A stretch of DNA of 64,000 bases, taken from contig JBAQGO010000114.1 in assembly GCA_049287825.1 (NCBI GenBank), positions 1,538 through 65,537 on the forward strand. The letters run 5' to 3'. Source of the DNA: Vitreimonas sp. Its GTDB lineage: Bacteria > Pseudomonadota > Alphaproteobacteria > Caulobacterales > Aquidulcibacteraceae. A program made the translations under genes and the position numbers. The notes under the pieces are model-generated. The model worked only from the letters and a program-made list of their open reading frames with translations, did no database searches and was not told where the DNA came from. This document shows positions 1 to 8,898 of the stretch, in pieces; positions within the stretch are counted from its first letter, which is position 1, and each line of letters begins with the position of its first letter.

Positions 1-14
1 CGAGAACCAGCCAC

Positions 15-335
15 TCATTGTGCGCAGGTGCGAACGTCCGGCGTGCGACTGACATCGGACCTTAGATGCGCGTCCGAACGCAGCGGTGTTGCCGCATCGT
101 CGGGGTGCTCGTAATTGATCGTGTGAACGGCATAGTTCATCTGCTCCAGAGCGGCGTGGGTTGGACCACCGTGGCACTGGTGGCAAGTCTGCTGAAAGTC
201 GCTGGAATGGTTCGCGGAAACGAAGGCGATGAAGTCGCCGCGCAATATCTCGTGTGGGCAGAAAGCGAGCACCTGGGCATGGGCGTTAGCGCAAGCACCC
301 AATCGCGAGCAAAACAGACTCCGAAAAAACAGCAA
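15..335 (-). CDS. hypothetical exported protein with a single CXXCH heme-c motif (possible small c-type cytochrome)
   Basis: 106-codon ORF with a non-ATG start in the track. Hydrophobic N-terminus ending ANAHA and motif TCHQCHGG. Third codon positions are mostly G/C in this frame, whereas overlapping ORFs 66..356(+) and 137..436(-) translate to Arg/Ser/Cys-rich junk. Family not recognised. Confidence 0.3.
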   Translation of the reverse strand: MLFFRSLFCSRLGACANAHAQVLAFCPHEILRGDFIAFVSANHSSDFQQTCHQCHGGPTHAALEQMNYAVHTINYEHPDDAATPLRSDAHLRSDVSRTPDVRTCAQ

Positions 336-438
336 TTGGGGCGGAGCTTGGCCTGAGCGGACGTAGCGGTTAGCTCAACCGGAACCACGTGGCTCCTCAA
401 CGATTTGATCCGGAAGGCTTCGAAAAAGGGTCGCACTA

Positions 439-792
439 ATGGACGAGATCAAAGGTATCGCGCGGGTCAAGTTTCTCCCAGGCAAGCTGGACGAATGGAA
501 GCGTCTGTCAGAAGAGGCCATGGAGATCGTCCGGACCAAGGACCGCGGCACGCTTCAGTACGAAATCTTTTTCAACGAAGATGAGAGCGAGGCTGTCGTC
601 TACGAGCGCTACCGCGACGCTGACGCTGCGATCGAGCATTTCGCTAACATCAGCCACTTAATGGGACCGATCCTGGCAACTGCCACCGTTACGGGGGAGG
701 TGTTGGGAACGCCCAATGCAAAAATGCGCGAGCAGCTGGGGAAGGGCGGCCCGAGGCTCTTCACGCCGTGGATCGCGTTGCAGGATCGCTGA
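439..792 (+). CDS. ABM-like (antibiotic biosynthesis monooxygenase / ferredoxin-like fold) small protein
   Basis: 117 aa, ATG start. The segment QYEIFFNEDESEAVVYERYRDADAAIEHF is typical of ABM domains. By-eye call. Confidence 0.6.
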   Translation: MDEIKGIARVKFLPGKLDEWKRLSEEAMEIVRTKDRGTLQYEIFFNEDESEAVVYERYRDADAAIEHFANISHLMGPILATATVTGEVLGTPNAKMREQLGKGGPRLFTPWIALQDR

Positions 793-872
793 ATGTCTGC
801 TTGCGGCGAAATCTCGCCGCTCTTCGTGTGCAGGCGCGAGCGTCGCATTGGTGACCGAACTCGGACGCTCGA

Positions 873-1484
873 TCAGCGGTTTAAACAGTCTTCGCCGCAG
901 CGTGTGATCGATGCAGCGAAGGCGTCCGTCGGACTGATCCACGCCTCGGGGGTAAGCTGGTCGTCGGGATGTGGTGCGTTCCGCCAGCGCCGCACGAATT
1001 GGAGCATCGTCATCTGGTCATCGTAGAAAACCGCGATATTGCGAACGATCTGTCGGCTTAATTCCGGAGACCGTGAGTGATGTAAGCACAGATAGCCGAT
1101 GTCGACGATGATTGCGCCCTCGATGTTTCGCGTCTCGTTCCGTAGCACCTGGTGTTCTCCGCAGAACATGGAAGCCGGCCGCAGCGAGAACTCGGCAAAG
1201 TTCTCTGGCGACAGGCGGCCGGCGAGAGCGGGCGTAGGCGTCGACATGACTTCGATCACATCGAATTGCGGGTCAGTGGCTTCGCTGCGTCGAAATCGAA
1301 GGAAGGGCGCATCGGGTCTGGGCCCGCCATCGAAGCGCGGCATGTCGTTTGGCATTTCAAACTGCAGTCCTTCGAACTGCACCGTCTCAGCATTTGCGGC
1401 GGCGACCGTCATACTCACAGCCGCGAGGAAGGAAACTATGAGGCTGGCAGGGCCAGCCTGGTCGCATACTCGCTCCGCTTTCAT
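873..1484 (-). CDS. hypothetical secreted protein
   Basis: Internal ATG (MKAERV...) was chosen because the longer ORF would overlap the upstream gene ending at 1495. Signal-peptide-like SLIVSFLAAVSMTVAAANA followed by ETVQ. No family recognised. Confidence 0.5.
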   Translation of the reverse strand: MKAERVCDQAGPASLIVSFLAAVSMTVAAANAETVQFEGLQFEMPNDMPRFDGGPRPDAPFLRFRRSEATDPQFDVIEVMSTPTPALAGRLSPENFAEFSLRPASMFCGEHQVLRNETRNIEGAIIVDIGYLCLHHSRSPELSRQIVRNIAVFYDDQMTMLQFVRRWRNAPHPDDQLTPEAWISPTDAFAASITRCGEDCLNR

Positions 1485-1494
1485 GACGTCGTCG

Positions 1495-2262
1495 TTAGTG
1501 GCGTGTACGCGGCATTCCGCCAGGCAACCAGCCAAACGCCTTTCGCACAAACCCGATGGGGTCTCCGCTTGGAACGTCGCCATGCGCAATCACCACGCGC
1601 GCGATGGGCCAAGACAAGATCCGTGTGAGCGCGATCTCTGCAGCGCGCCGGTCGAGAAAGCTGGCGCGCCATTCGCGGGGAGCACCGGGGTTCGGGGCCA
1701 CAATTCCATCGAGCCGCGCCAGCACGCCCTTCCAGCCTTTGAACCAATCAGGCCGGAAGTTTTGCACGAGATCGGCAAACAACACCGTGCGGCTTTCCCG
1801 GTGGAAGAACACGACCTCGGTCAGCGCGAAACTGCCGTGCATGATGGCTTGATCGATGTCGCGGGCCCAAACGGTGGGTGGGTTGTCGCCGAGCTCTTCA
1901 TCGAAGGCGATGTCCTTTCGTTTCTTGCGCAAACCCGGCGACGCATAGACGCGCGCGTTTGGGTAAGCATTCTTCCAGTCGTTCAAGAAGAGGTAATGGA
2001 GCTTGTTGGGCGAGACGAGGTGGCAAACGCGTCCGTGAGCCTCGACTTCACGGCGCAAGGCTTCCGAAAGAGCAATCGGCGACCAGATGAAAAGCTCCCC
2101 GCTGGATAATCGGATGACGGCCATCCGTGTGGGATAGGCAAAGCTGAGGAATGACACTGCTGGTCCATCGGCGATCCAAATGTTGGGTCCGAACTCGTGC
2201 AGCATCGGATCAGACCTTTCGCCGTCGGTGAAAAATGCGTTGCGAAATTGATGTATTGTCAC
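1495..2262 (-). CDS. DUF4336-like protein (metallo-beta-lactamase-like fold)
   Basis: 255 aa. The pattern NIWIADGPAVSFLSFAYPTRMAVIRLSSGELFIWSP...LVSPNKLHYLF...REWRASF matches my recollection of the DUF4336 family. The long antisense ORF 1099..2109(+) is rejected. Confidence 0.7.
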   Translation of the reverse strand: MTIHQFRNAFFTDGERSDPMLHEFGPNIWIADGPAVSFLSFAYPTRMAVIRLSSGELFIWSPIALSEALRREVEAHGRVCHLVSPNKLHYLFLNDWKNAYPNARVYASPGLRKKRKDIAFDEELGDNPPTVWARDIDQAIMHGSFALTEVVFFHRESRTVLFADLVQNFRPDWFKGWKGVLARLDGIVAPNPGAPREWRASFLDRRAAEIALTRILSWPIARVVIAHGDVPSGDPIGFVRKAFGWLPGGMPRTRH

Positions 2263-2325
2263 CCGTTCCCAAACGGGATTGTTGAGGCAAGCGTCGTTCG
2301 CCTAAGTCTGCGCGCGGATAAATGT

Positions 2326-4124
2326 TCATGCTGTCAGCAACGGAATCGGCGACATGTCCTTGGTGATGACGCCGCGTACGTTGTCGGCGGTGGGCGCCCC
2401 ATTGGCGCCAATGACGACGGCCATGATCGCCTGCTTGCGCCACATGCGGTCAATTACGTCATAGGCGACGGTGTTTTCAGTCACGATGGGGAAGTTGCGA
2501 TTGGCCACATCGGCGAGGGTGACGCCGGTGGCGGTGCTTTCCAAGCCGCGCCGCAGTCCGGTGTTGATACGGATGACGCCGCAGAGCTTGTCGCCGCGCG
2601 CGACGACGACGTGCTTTAGCTTGCCTTCCGCTTCATGTTCGCGAAGGAAGGCGTCGAAGCTGCATTCGCCATCTAGCACCAGCACGTCGGCGTCCATCAC
2701 CTCGCGCGCCAAGCGCACCAAGAACATATTGGCGTGGCGCGCTTTGGGGATAGCGCGGCCGCGCCGCACCAATTTCAGTGTGTATATATTCTCGCGCGAC
2801 AGCAGACGGCGCACGCCAACGCTTGATGCAACTGCCAAAATCATTGGCATGACGATGTCGTAGTCGCGGGTCATTTCGAAGGTCATGGTGACGGCTGTCA
2901 TCACCGCGCCGGTGCCGCCGCCGACCATGGCGCCCATGCCCACCATGGCAAAAGCCGGCACGTTCAGATGAACGGGAATCCCCAGCGCATTGAGCCCCGC
3001 CGCGAAGGCCGCGCCCAAGGCAGCCCCCATGAACAGCGACGGCGAAAAGATGCCGCCCGACGAGCCCGAGCCCAGGCTCGCGCACGTCGCCACGAGCTTG
3101 CACACGAGCAGCAGTGAGATGAGACCGAAGGCCGTTGCATGCCCGAGCAGAATGCTCTCGATGGTGCCGTAGCCAACGCCGTCGACGAAGTACTGCCCGA
3201 GCGTGAGGAAGAGCGCGACCATGAGCAGGCCGACGAGCGCCATGCCCAGCATGTGGCGCAGATAGCGGTTGGCGATGCGGTCAAAAGCGTCTTCGGCGAT
3301 ATGCAAACCGCGGATAAAACCGGCGGCCACCACGCCTGCGAGCGCGCCGAGCAGGGTGTAGAGCAGCATCTGCAGCGCCGCGCCAAAATCGGCGGTGAGC
3401 GGCTGCATCGCCGGGACCGCGAATGCGGGCTGGGCCCAAAAAACCAGCGTCCGACAAAGGTCGCCGCACCGGTGGCGATGGCGACGGGTAGAAACGTGCT
3501 GACGCTGAATTCCGGCAGCATCAGTTCGATCGCAAACATCACCCCGCCAATCGGCGTGTTGAAGGTGGCGGCAATGCCTGCGCCGGCGCCGGCGGCCACA
3601 AGCGCGATGCGTTGGGCGGGGGGCATGTTGACGATTTGACCGAGTGTCGAACCCAACGCCGAACCGATTTGAATGATGGGACCTTCGCGCCCCACCGACG
3701 ATCCGCTGCCAATCGCAAAGGCGGACGCCAGCGACTTCACAAGCGCAACGCGCGGACGGATGACGCCTTCCTTGTGATAGATCGCATCCATCACCTCGGG
3801 CACGCCATGGCCCTTGGCCTCCGGCGCAAACGTGCTGACGAGAAAGGTCACGATGACGCCGCCGATCACGGGCGCGAGCATGATCCACACGCCCCAGCGA
3901 CTGGGCGCGGTGAAGACATTGGCGTCGTAGTGCAGCGACAATGCACCATTGAAGAAGAGATTGTGGAGGACGTTGATAAGGTCGCGGAAGAGAACCGCGC
4001 CGATGCCGGTCACAACGCCGAGCGCCAGCGCCCAGAGTGAAAGCACCCCAAGGCTGAGCTGCGTCTCGTGCTCCGGCTGGAAGGGCGCTTGCGGCGCAGG
4101 CGACGCAACGGATGTATCGTTCAT
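2326..4124 (-). pseudogene. ClC-type voltage-gated chloride channel with C-terminal CBS pair, split by a frameshift
   Basis: The N-terminal half (MNDTSV... GSGSSVGREGP, GIAATFNTPIGG) is in the frame of ORF 2964..4187. The C-terminal half (GSGSSGGIFSPSL, CBS-like tail) is in the frame of ORF 2326..4290. The frames switch at the A6/T6 run 3438-3443 (RWFFGP versus LVFWAQPAFAVP). The 1799-nt span is not a multiple of 3, and one extra T would restore a 599-aa ORF. Confidence 0.85.
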
Positions 4125-4344
4125 GAAGGGCGCTTGGTTTTGGCGAGTGCGCGGGCAAGGCCGCAAATTGCAAGCCGGCGTCAACACGCGCCGAGCCGTT
4201 GCGGTAGTTTAATACCGGCGACAAAGCAGCGCGCCTCGTGCGTCGCATGCAGTCCGACAGTTTTGTGAGATAGCAGCAGGGCGCCTGCAAGTTGGCTTAG
4301 GCATTATCAGCACCCGCCGCAGATTGGCGCGCGGTTCGAACATC

Positions 4345-4602
4345 ATGCCCTCGATGCGCTTGCCCGTTGCTTTGATCGTCTCGCTCGCAGCGTTGTGCGC
4401 GAGCTGCAAGTCGACGGGCGCATCAAGCGGACCCAATCCCAACATGGAAGCGCTAAACGCCCGCTACGGGATATCGAGTACAGATCCACGCGCTGACTAT
4501 GCGCCGCTGTTTCTCTACTACCCGGACGCGCCAAGACCGACCTCGGCGAGGTCCAGCACCGGCCTCGTCGCCAGCGTGCCTGCTCACAGGCGGCAGGCTT
4601 GA
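4345..4602 (+). CDS. hypothetical small lipoprotein/exported protein
   Basis: MPSMRLPVALIVSLAALCASCKS resembles a lipoprotein signal, but the lipobox is not canonical. The C-terminal half is of low plausibility. Confidence 0.25.
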   Translation: MPSMRLPVALIVSLAALCASCKSTGASSGPNPNMEALNARYGISSTDPRADYAPLFLYYPDAPRPTSARSSTGLVASVPAHRRQA

Positions 4603-4681
4603 ACGACTCTGTGAAGCTTTGGAGCGCCGGAACCCTCATGCTGTACCAACGGTATCGGTCCAACCCCGCTTAGGTCACATT

Positions 4682-5059
4682 TCAGGACGCCAACCGCGAC
4701 GCCAATCGCGACACCTGCAGTTCGAGCCGCTTGATCTCGCGCACGGTCGCATTGCGCTGCAGCTCCATCCAAAACCAGAGTTTGACCATGGCGATGCCGC
4801 ACAGCGCGATCGCCGCGCCGCCGCCCCAGATCAGCATGTCGCGCACGTCCGCGGCATCCAGGAAACGCCAGACGCAATAACCGCCTGCGCCCAGCATCGC
4901 GAGCGTGAAGACGACGCTGAGGATATTTAGTCCGCCGAACGGGCCCTGAAATGCATCGAGCACTTGGCGCGTCATGGTTGGATCGCTGGCAAGCCGCTGC
5001 ATCAAGGCTGCATCCTCAGCCGAATAGCCTTCGCGGATGGCTTTATCGAGATCGCTCAT
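4682..5059 (-). CDS. two-TM membrane protein with C-terminal coiled coil, DUF6768-like, probable sigma-factor partner
   Basis: 125 aa. It starts 3 nt after the stop of the ECF sigma gene. Two hydrophobic helices (LNILSVVFTLAMLGAGGYCVW, LIWGGGAAIALCGIAMVKLWFW) are followed by REIKRLELQVSRLASRL. Confidence 0.65.
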   Translation of the reverse strand: MSDLDKAIREGYSAEDAALMQRLASDPTMTRQVLDAFQGPFGGLNILSVVFTLAMLGAGGYCVWRFLDAADVRDMLIWGGGAAIALCGIAMVKLWFWMELQRNATVREIKRLELQVSRLASRLAS

Positions 5060-5061
5060 GG

Positions 5062-5601
5062 TCAGTCCTTTCCTAGGATTGCTTTCAATGTTGCGCGCCC
5101 GTGATGCAGGCGCGACTTCACCGTGCCAGCAGGAATTGTCAGTGCGTCGGCGATCTCCTCGACCGAGAGGTCGGCGCCATAGAACATCGCCATCACCAGG
5201 CCTTGCTCGCTCGGCAATCGCGCCAATGCGGCGCGCATATCGAGCCGATCGTCGGGCATGGGCGGCGCCTCCGCGCTGGTGGGGTCATCGCTCGTCTCTT
5301 TGCGAAACGAACGGAGCCGCGCCTTCCCGCGGATGGCGTCAGCGCATTTGCGGGTGGCGATCGAATAGAGCCATGCTGGAAAATTCGCCGCGTCATTGAG
5401 ACGCCGCATGCCACGCACCGCAGCAAGCCAGGTTTCCTGAACTACATCGTTTGCCTCCTCGGAAGACCCAAGCAGGTGTTGAGCGTGACGCAGAAGCCGC
5501 GGCGTCCATCGGCGGGCCAATTCCTCCAGCGCAATGCGAGAGCCCGCTTGCGCCGTAAGCACGAGATACTCGTCAAGAACCCGTTCTGGACTGCGTTCCA
5601 T
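5062..5601 (-). CDS. ECF-type RNA polymerase sigma-70 family factor
   Basis: Region 2 (DVVQETWLAAVRGMRRL..FPAWLYSIATRKCADAIR) and region 4 (LPSEQGLVMAMFYGADLSVEEIADALTIPAGTVKSRLHHGR). Start set at the MERSPE ATG. Confidence 0.85.
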   Translation of the reverse strand: MERSPERVLDEYLVLTAQAGSRIALEELARRWTPRLLRHAQHLLGSSEEANDVVQETWLAAVRGMRRLNDAANFPAWLYSIATRKCADAIRGKARLRSFRKETSDDPTSAEAPPMPDDRLDMRAALARLPSEQGLVMAMFYGADLSVEEIADALTIPAGTVKSRLHHGRATLKAILGKD

Positions 5602-5724
5602 CGAGACGCCCGCCTTCACCTGTTATAGTCGCGGCGGGGAGAGCTGAGGTTCACGCTCGCGCGGAAAAATCGTCAGCCGCCGAGAACTGGCGGATAGGAA
5701 ACGCAGGCTGCGCGTGGCCCGCGT

Positions 5725-6954
5725 TCATTCAGCTTCTGTCTGCGGCGGCGTCCCGCCAATGCCGAGACGCCGGAGCAGCATGGGCATGGTGAGGCCCTGC
5801 ACTACGATCGAAAAGGCCACCACCGCAAAGGTCGTGACCACAATGTCCTGGCGGTGGAGGAGATCAGCGGGCAGGGCCAGCGCCAACGCCAGGGCAAGCG
5901 CGCCGCGGAGGCCGCCCCACCACAACACATGCTGGTGGGCCATCGACACTCTTTGCCCACTCGCCGAAAACATCAAACTCAGTGGATAGATCGTGGCGGC
6001 GCGTCCGATCAGCACCAACACAATCACCCCCAACAACGCTGGAATCGCGGCGGCCGAGAAGGGGGTTGCCGCGACGCTCAAGCCGATCAACGGAAACACC
6101 GCGGAGTTGGCGATGAAGGCGGTAAAGTCCCAGAACTCCAGGGCGAAAGTCTTGCCGCGTTGACTGATGAGCGTGCGCTTCGACAACACCCCGACATTGC
6201 CCACGACGAGGCCGGCGCTCACTGTCGCCAAGATGCCCGAGGCGCCCAGCCGCTCGGCAATGATGAAAGCGCCGTACGCGGCCAGCAGCGTCAGCGCCAC
6301 TTCGATCACGTGTTCAGAAGTGCGCCCAGCCACCAAAAGCACCAATGCTCCGGCCGCCGCCCCAACGGCGATGCCGCCGAACACGACAAAGACGATGTGC
6401 ATGCCGAACGCGCCCAAGGCAGGTGGCGCCGCGCCGTTAGCGAACGAGAGCGCAACCGAAAACAGAATCGCAGCTGCCGCGTCATTGAAGAGACTTTCGC
6501 TTTCCATGAGCGTGCGCAAACGGCCGTGCACGCCGTTGTCCTTGAACATGGCGATCACCGCGACCGGATCGGTGGCTGCAATCAACGCGCCGAACACAAA
6601 AGCGATGGGCAGCGGCCATGCTAGCAGCACGTGTACGCCGAAGGCGACGATGGCGGCGGCGACAATTGTCCCAATTATGGAGAGCACGAGCAGGATACCG
6701 GCGTCTGCGCGCAGCTCGTTCCACTTGAGCGACAACGCCGCCTCAAACAGCAAGGGCGGCAAGATGACGAAGAAAATGAAATCGTGCGTGAGCGTCCCAT
6801 CAATATCGAGTGGTGCGAATGCAATCGCGGCGCCGACCAGCACCAAGCCTACGGTGTAGGGGAGTTTCAGCCGGCGCGTCGCGATCGCAACGATCATCGC
6901 CAGCGCCAGCAGTTCCATCATTCGCATTGGATCAAGCGTCACGGATTGCCCCAT
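5725..6954 (-). CDS. Na+/H+ (cation:proton) antiporter, CPA1/NhaP-like
   Basis: Polytopic membrane protein with LIAATDPVAV, ESLFNDAAAI and WGGLRGALALALAL motifs. The start is uncertain (ATG at 6954 or 6927). Antisense ORFs 5854..6624 and 6167..6859 are rejected. Confidence 0.85.
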   Translation of the reverse strand: MGQSVTLDPMRMMELLALAMIVAIATRRLKLPYTVGLVLVGAAIAFAPLDIDGTLTHDFIFFVILPPLLFEAALSLKWNELRADAGILLVLSIIGTIVAAAIVAFGVHVLLAWPLPIAFVFGALIAATDPVAVIAMFKDNGVHGRLRTLMESESLFNDAAAAILFSVALSFANGAAPPALGAFGMHIVFVVFGGIAVGAAAGALVLLVAGRTSEHVIEVALTLLAAYGAFIIAERLGASGILATVSAGLVVGNVGVLSKRTLISQRGKTFALEFWDFTAFIANSAVFPLIGLSVAATPFSAAAIPALLGVIVLVLIGRAATIYPLSLMFSASGQRVSMAHQHVLWWGGLRGALALALALALPADLLHRQDIVVTTFAVVAFSIVVQGLTMPMLLRRLGIGGTPPQTEAE

Positions 6955-7049
6955 TCTGCCGCTCTTGATACCTAGCTCATCAGGCGAGGCGACGGCCAAG
7001 AATTTGTTCCATCGCACGCCTTCGGTTATGTTCCCCGAGAGTTTCACCA

Positions 7050-7421
7050 TTGCTTGACGAAGCACTGCTCGCTTTCATCAAGAGTTCGCTCCGCTCGGTA
7101 TGGGCGCTTGAGCTGCTTTTGCTGCTGCGACTTCAGGCCCCGCGCGCATTCACGATTGAGGAGGCGGCGCGCGAACTGCGCGCCACCGCATCGCTGGTAG
7201 CCAATTGTCTGCCGCAATTGGAAAGCGCGGGTCTGATCGCAGGCGAGGATGGCGCCTTCAAATTCTCACCCGCTTCGCCAGCCTTACAGGAATTGTGCGC
7301 GTTGTTGGACGTCGCGTATCGTGAGCGGCCGGTCGCCATCATCGCGGCTATCATGTCGAGCAGCGATACGAAGCTCCAAGGCCTCGCCGACGCCTTCCGC
7401 TTCAAGGACAAAGACAAATGA
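7050..7421 (+). CDS. hypothetical winged-helix (MarR/ArsR-like) protein
   Basis: 123 aa, TTG start in the track. FTIEEAARELRATASLVANCLPQLESAGLIAGEDGAFKF looks like HTH plus wing. The stop overlaps the next start (ATGA at 7418-7421). Confidence 0.5.
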   Translation: MLDEALLAFIKSSLRSVWALELLLLLRLQAPRAFTIEEAARELRATASLVANCLPQLESAGLIAGEDGAFKFSPASPALQELCALLDVAYRERPVAIIAAIMSSSDTKLQGLADAFRFKDKDK

Positions 7422-7684
7422 CCGGGGCCACGCTTGTCTATCTCCTCTGCATGCTGACAAGCGCTCTCTGTGCGGCGCTTTTGGTGCGATCTTATCTGCG
7501 TTCGCGGTCTCGGCTCTTGTTGTGGAGCGCGGTCAGCTTCGTGTTTCTGGCGATCAACAATTTCCTGGTATTTGCCGATCTAGTCATCATCGGCCCGACC
7601 ATAGATCTATTGGCGCTTCGCTACGCGGCTGCGTTAGCGGCGGTGTGTGTGCTGATCTATGGCTTCATCTGGGAGGCCGAGTGA
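7418..7684 (+). CDS. 88-aa three-TM membrane protein (DUF5985-like), copy 1
   Basis: Three hydrophobic helices. ATG overlaps the upstream stop, and its own stop overlaps the next ATG (TGATG at 7682-7686). Confidence 0.6.
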   Translation: MTGATLVYLLCMLTSALCAALLVRSYLRSRSRLLLWSAVSFVFLAINNFLVFADLVIIGPTIDLLALRYAAALAAVCVLIYGFIWEAE

Positions 7685-7950
7685 TGTCACCCGACCTCGC
7701 CAGCTTGGTATCCGGCGCCATCGCCATGGGCTTTGCCATCTGCGCTTGCTTTTTTCTGCGGTTTTGGGCGCGCACAAAGGACATGTTGTTTGCGGCGTTC
7801 TCGCTCGCATTCTTATTATTGGCTCTCAGCCAGGGACTCGGCACGATCCTTGGCTTGCCGCTCGAAGAGCGTAGCTGGCTCTACCTGCTGCGTCTGGCGG
7901 CGTTCCTTGTCATCATTCTCGCCATCGGGCGAAAAAACCTAATGAAGTAA
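7684..7950 (+). CDS. 88-aa three-TM membrane protein (DUF5985-like), copy 2
   Basis: Internal ATG of track ORF 7249..7950 (MSPDLASLV...). Same length and topology as copy 1. Confidence 0.6.
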   Translation: MSPDLASLVSGAIAMGFAICACFFLRFWARTKDMLFAAFSLAFLLLALSQGLGTILGLPLEERSWLYLLRLAAFLVIILAIGRKNLMK

Positions 7951-8126
7951 GATACGCAGGACGCGCGCGCACTCATGCGTACGTCGGCAACTCAAAGTCG
8001 TTGCGAACCGCTGGTCTCAAGGCGAGATCAGCCACTAACATGCCGCTTCCGCATCACCGCGTCCGAGGCCGACAAAGGGAGTCGGTTTCTAGACTCCTCG
8101 CCAAGTCGCGTCGTCCCACCCCGCGC

Positions 8127-8170
8127 AAAAGCGCCGCCGCTGGGTTTGTCCGCGGCGGCGTTTTTGTTTA
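8127..8170. terminator. bidirectional intrinsic terminator
   Basis: A 9-bp GC stem (CGCCGCCGC 8132-8140 / GCGGCGGCG 8152-8160) is flanked by AAAA (8127-8130) and TTTTTGTTT (8161-8169). It lies between the convergent ends of the 7050-7950 operon and the 8193-8423 gene. Confidence 0.6.
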
Positions 8171-8192
8171 GAGCTCGCGCCTTACGGCGAGA

Positions 8193-8423
8193 TCAGTTGC
8201 CGTCTTCGAGAGTAATGGCGACGTCGGCATTGGCCGAAAGACGCACCACGCCGTTCTCGATGTCGGCGACCAGGCCGCCATCGATATAGTGGTGATGGCC
8301 GTCCACCGAATCCTTCTTCGTCAACTTTATGCGGCGGTCGGAGATGTGGTCAACGGTGCCGACATGGACGCCGTCGGCCCCGATCACTTCGGCATTCTTT
8401 GCGATCTGGCTGAGATCAGTCAT
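8193..8423 (-). CDS. DUF2171-like small stress protein
   Basis: 76 aa from the ATG (MTDLSQIAKNAEVIGADGVHVGTVDHISDRRIKLTKKDSVDGHHHYI...), preceded by AGGAGCC. Confidence 0.7.
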   Translation of the reverse strand: MTDLSQIAKNAEVIGADGVHVGTVDHISDRRIKLTKKDSVDGHHHYIDGGLVADIENGVVRLSANADVAITLEDGN

Positions 8424-8453
8424 GGGTGGCTCCTGTTTGGGTGGGGAATTGGA

Positions 8454-8479
8454 AACGCGCGTCGAGCGCTCTTGGTTGC
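8454..8479 (-). promoter_or_regulatory. possible EcfG-like promoter variant (GCAAC-N17-CGTT)
   Basis: The minus strand reads GCAAC (8479-8475), a 17-nt spacer, then CGTT (8457-8454), about 30 nt upstream of the DUF2171-like ATG. There is one mismatch in the -35 element. Confidence 0.25.
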
Positions 8480-8898
8480 CGCGGTTGCCCAGACGCTCAT
8501 TCCCGGTTGAGAGGAGCGCCAATGCGATCGGCTACAGCCTCGCACCGATAGGGCTTTCGAGATGTCGACGCCTGCGCGCAAACTTCGGCAGGAATGTCGC
8601 GCATGCTGGCAAGGCCAGACGCCAGCATTATCTGAACGCCTGGGTGTTGTGCATGCACCCAATGAGCAAGCGCGCTGCCGCGCGCGCCACAACGTGATTT
8701 GGCTCACGCCCATTTCATAGGCCACGCGTTTCTGCGACATCAGACCCTGCTTTCTGATGGCCCTCTGCAGCTGAAACCCTTCACCCACCGACACCGAACC
8801 TGCCGAGGCGCAGGCGTGTCATTTGTCGTCACTAGGGTAGGCGGCGTGGGCTGCGCTTTCCGCTCCGAGGAATCTGCCTTGGCGGCAAATTCAATGTG

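Noticed and set aside
381-404. GGAAC-N15-CGAT upstream of the ABM-like gene, considered as a third EcfG-type promoter.
   Set aside because: The spacer is one nucleotide short and the -10 element deviates (CGAT rather than CGTT). This is too weak without transcript data.
1099-2109. Long ORFs antisense to or overlapping well-supported genes. Examples: 1099..2109(+), 5854..6624(+), 6167..6859(+), 10875..11819(+), 20351..20983(+), 24343..25008(+), 33204..33890(+), 36360..37010(+), 40120..40728(-), 47414..48433(-), 55908..56717(-), 58336..59103(+), 60257..60991(-), 63312..63926(-).
   Set aside because: Their translations are Arg/Ala/Gly/Pro-rich with no recognisable motifs. Each lies opposite a gene with clear domain signatures. 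Such shadow ORFs are expected in high-GC DNA.
8420-8794. ORF whose first roughly 40 aa (QLQRAIRKQGLMSQKRVAYEMGVSQITLWRA) look like a helix-turn-helix, as found in resolvase/IS-transposase N-termini or small phage regulators.
   Set aside because: The similarity stops after the HTH. The remainder is Arg/Ser/Cys-rich junk that overlaps the DUF2171-like promoter region. This is at best a tiny remnant and not enough to call a mobile element.
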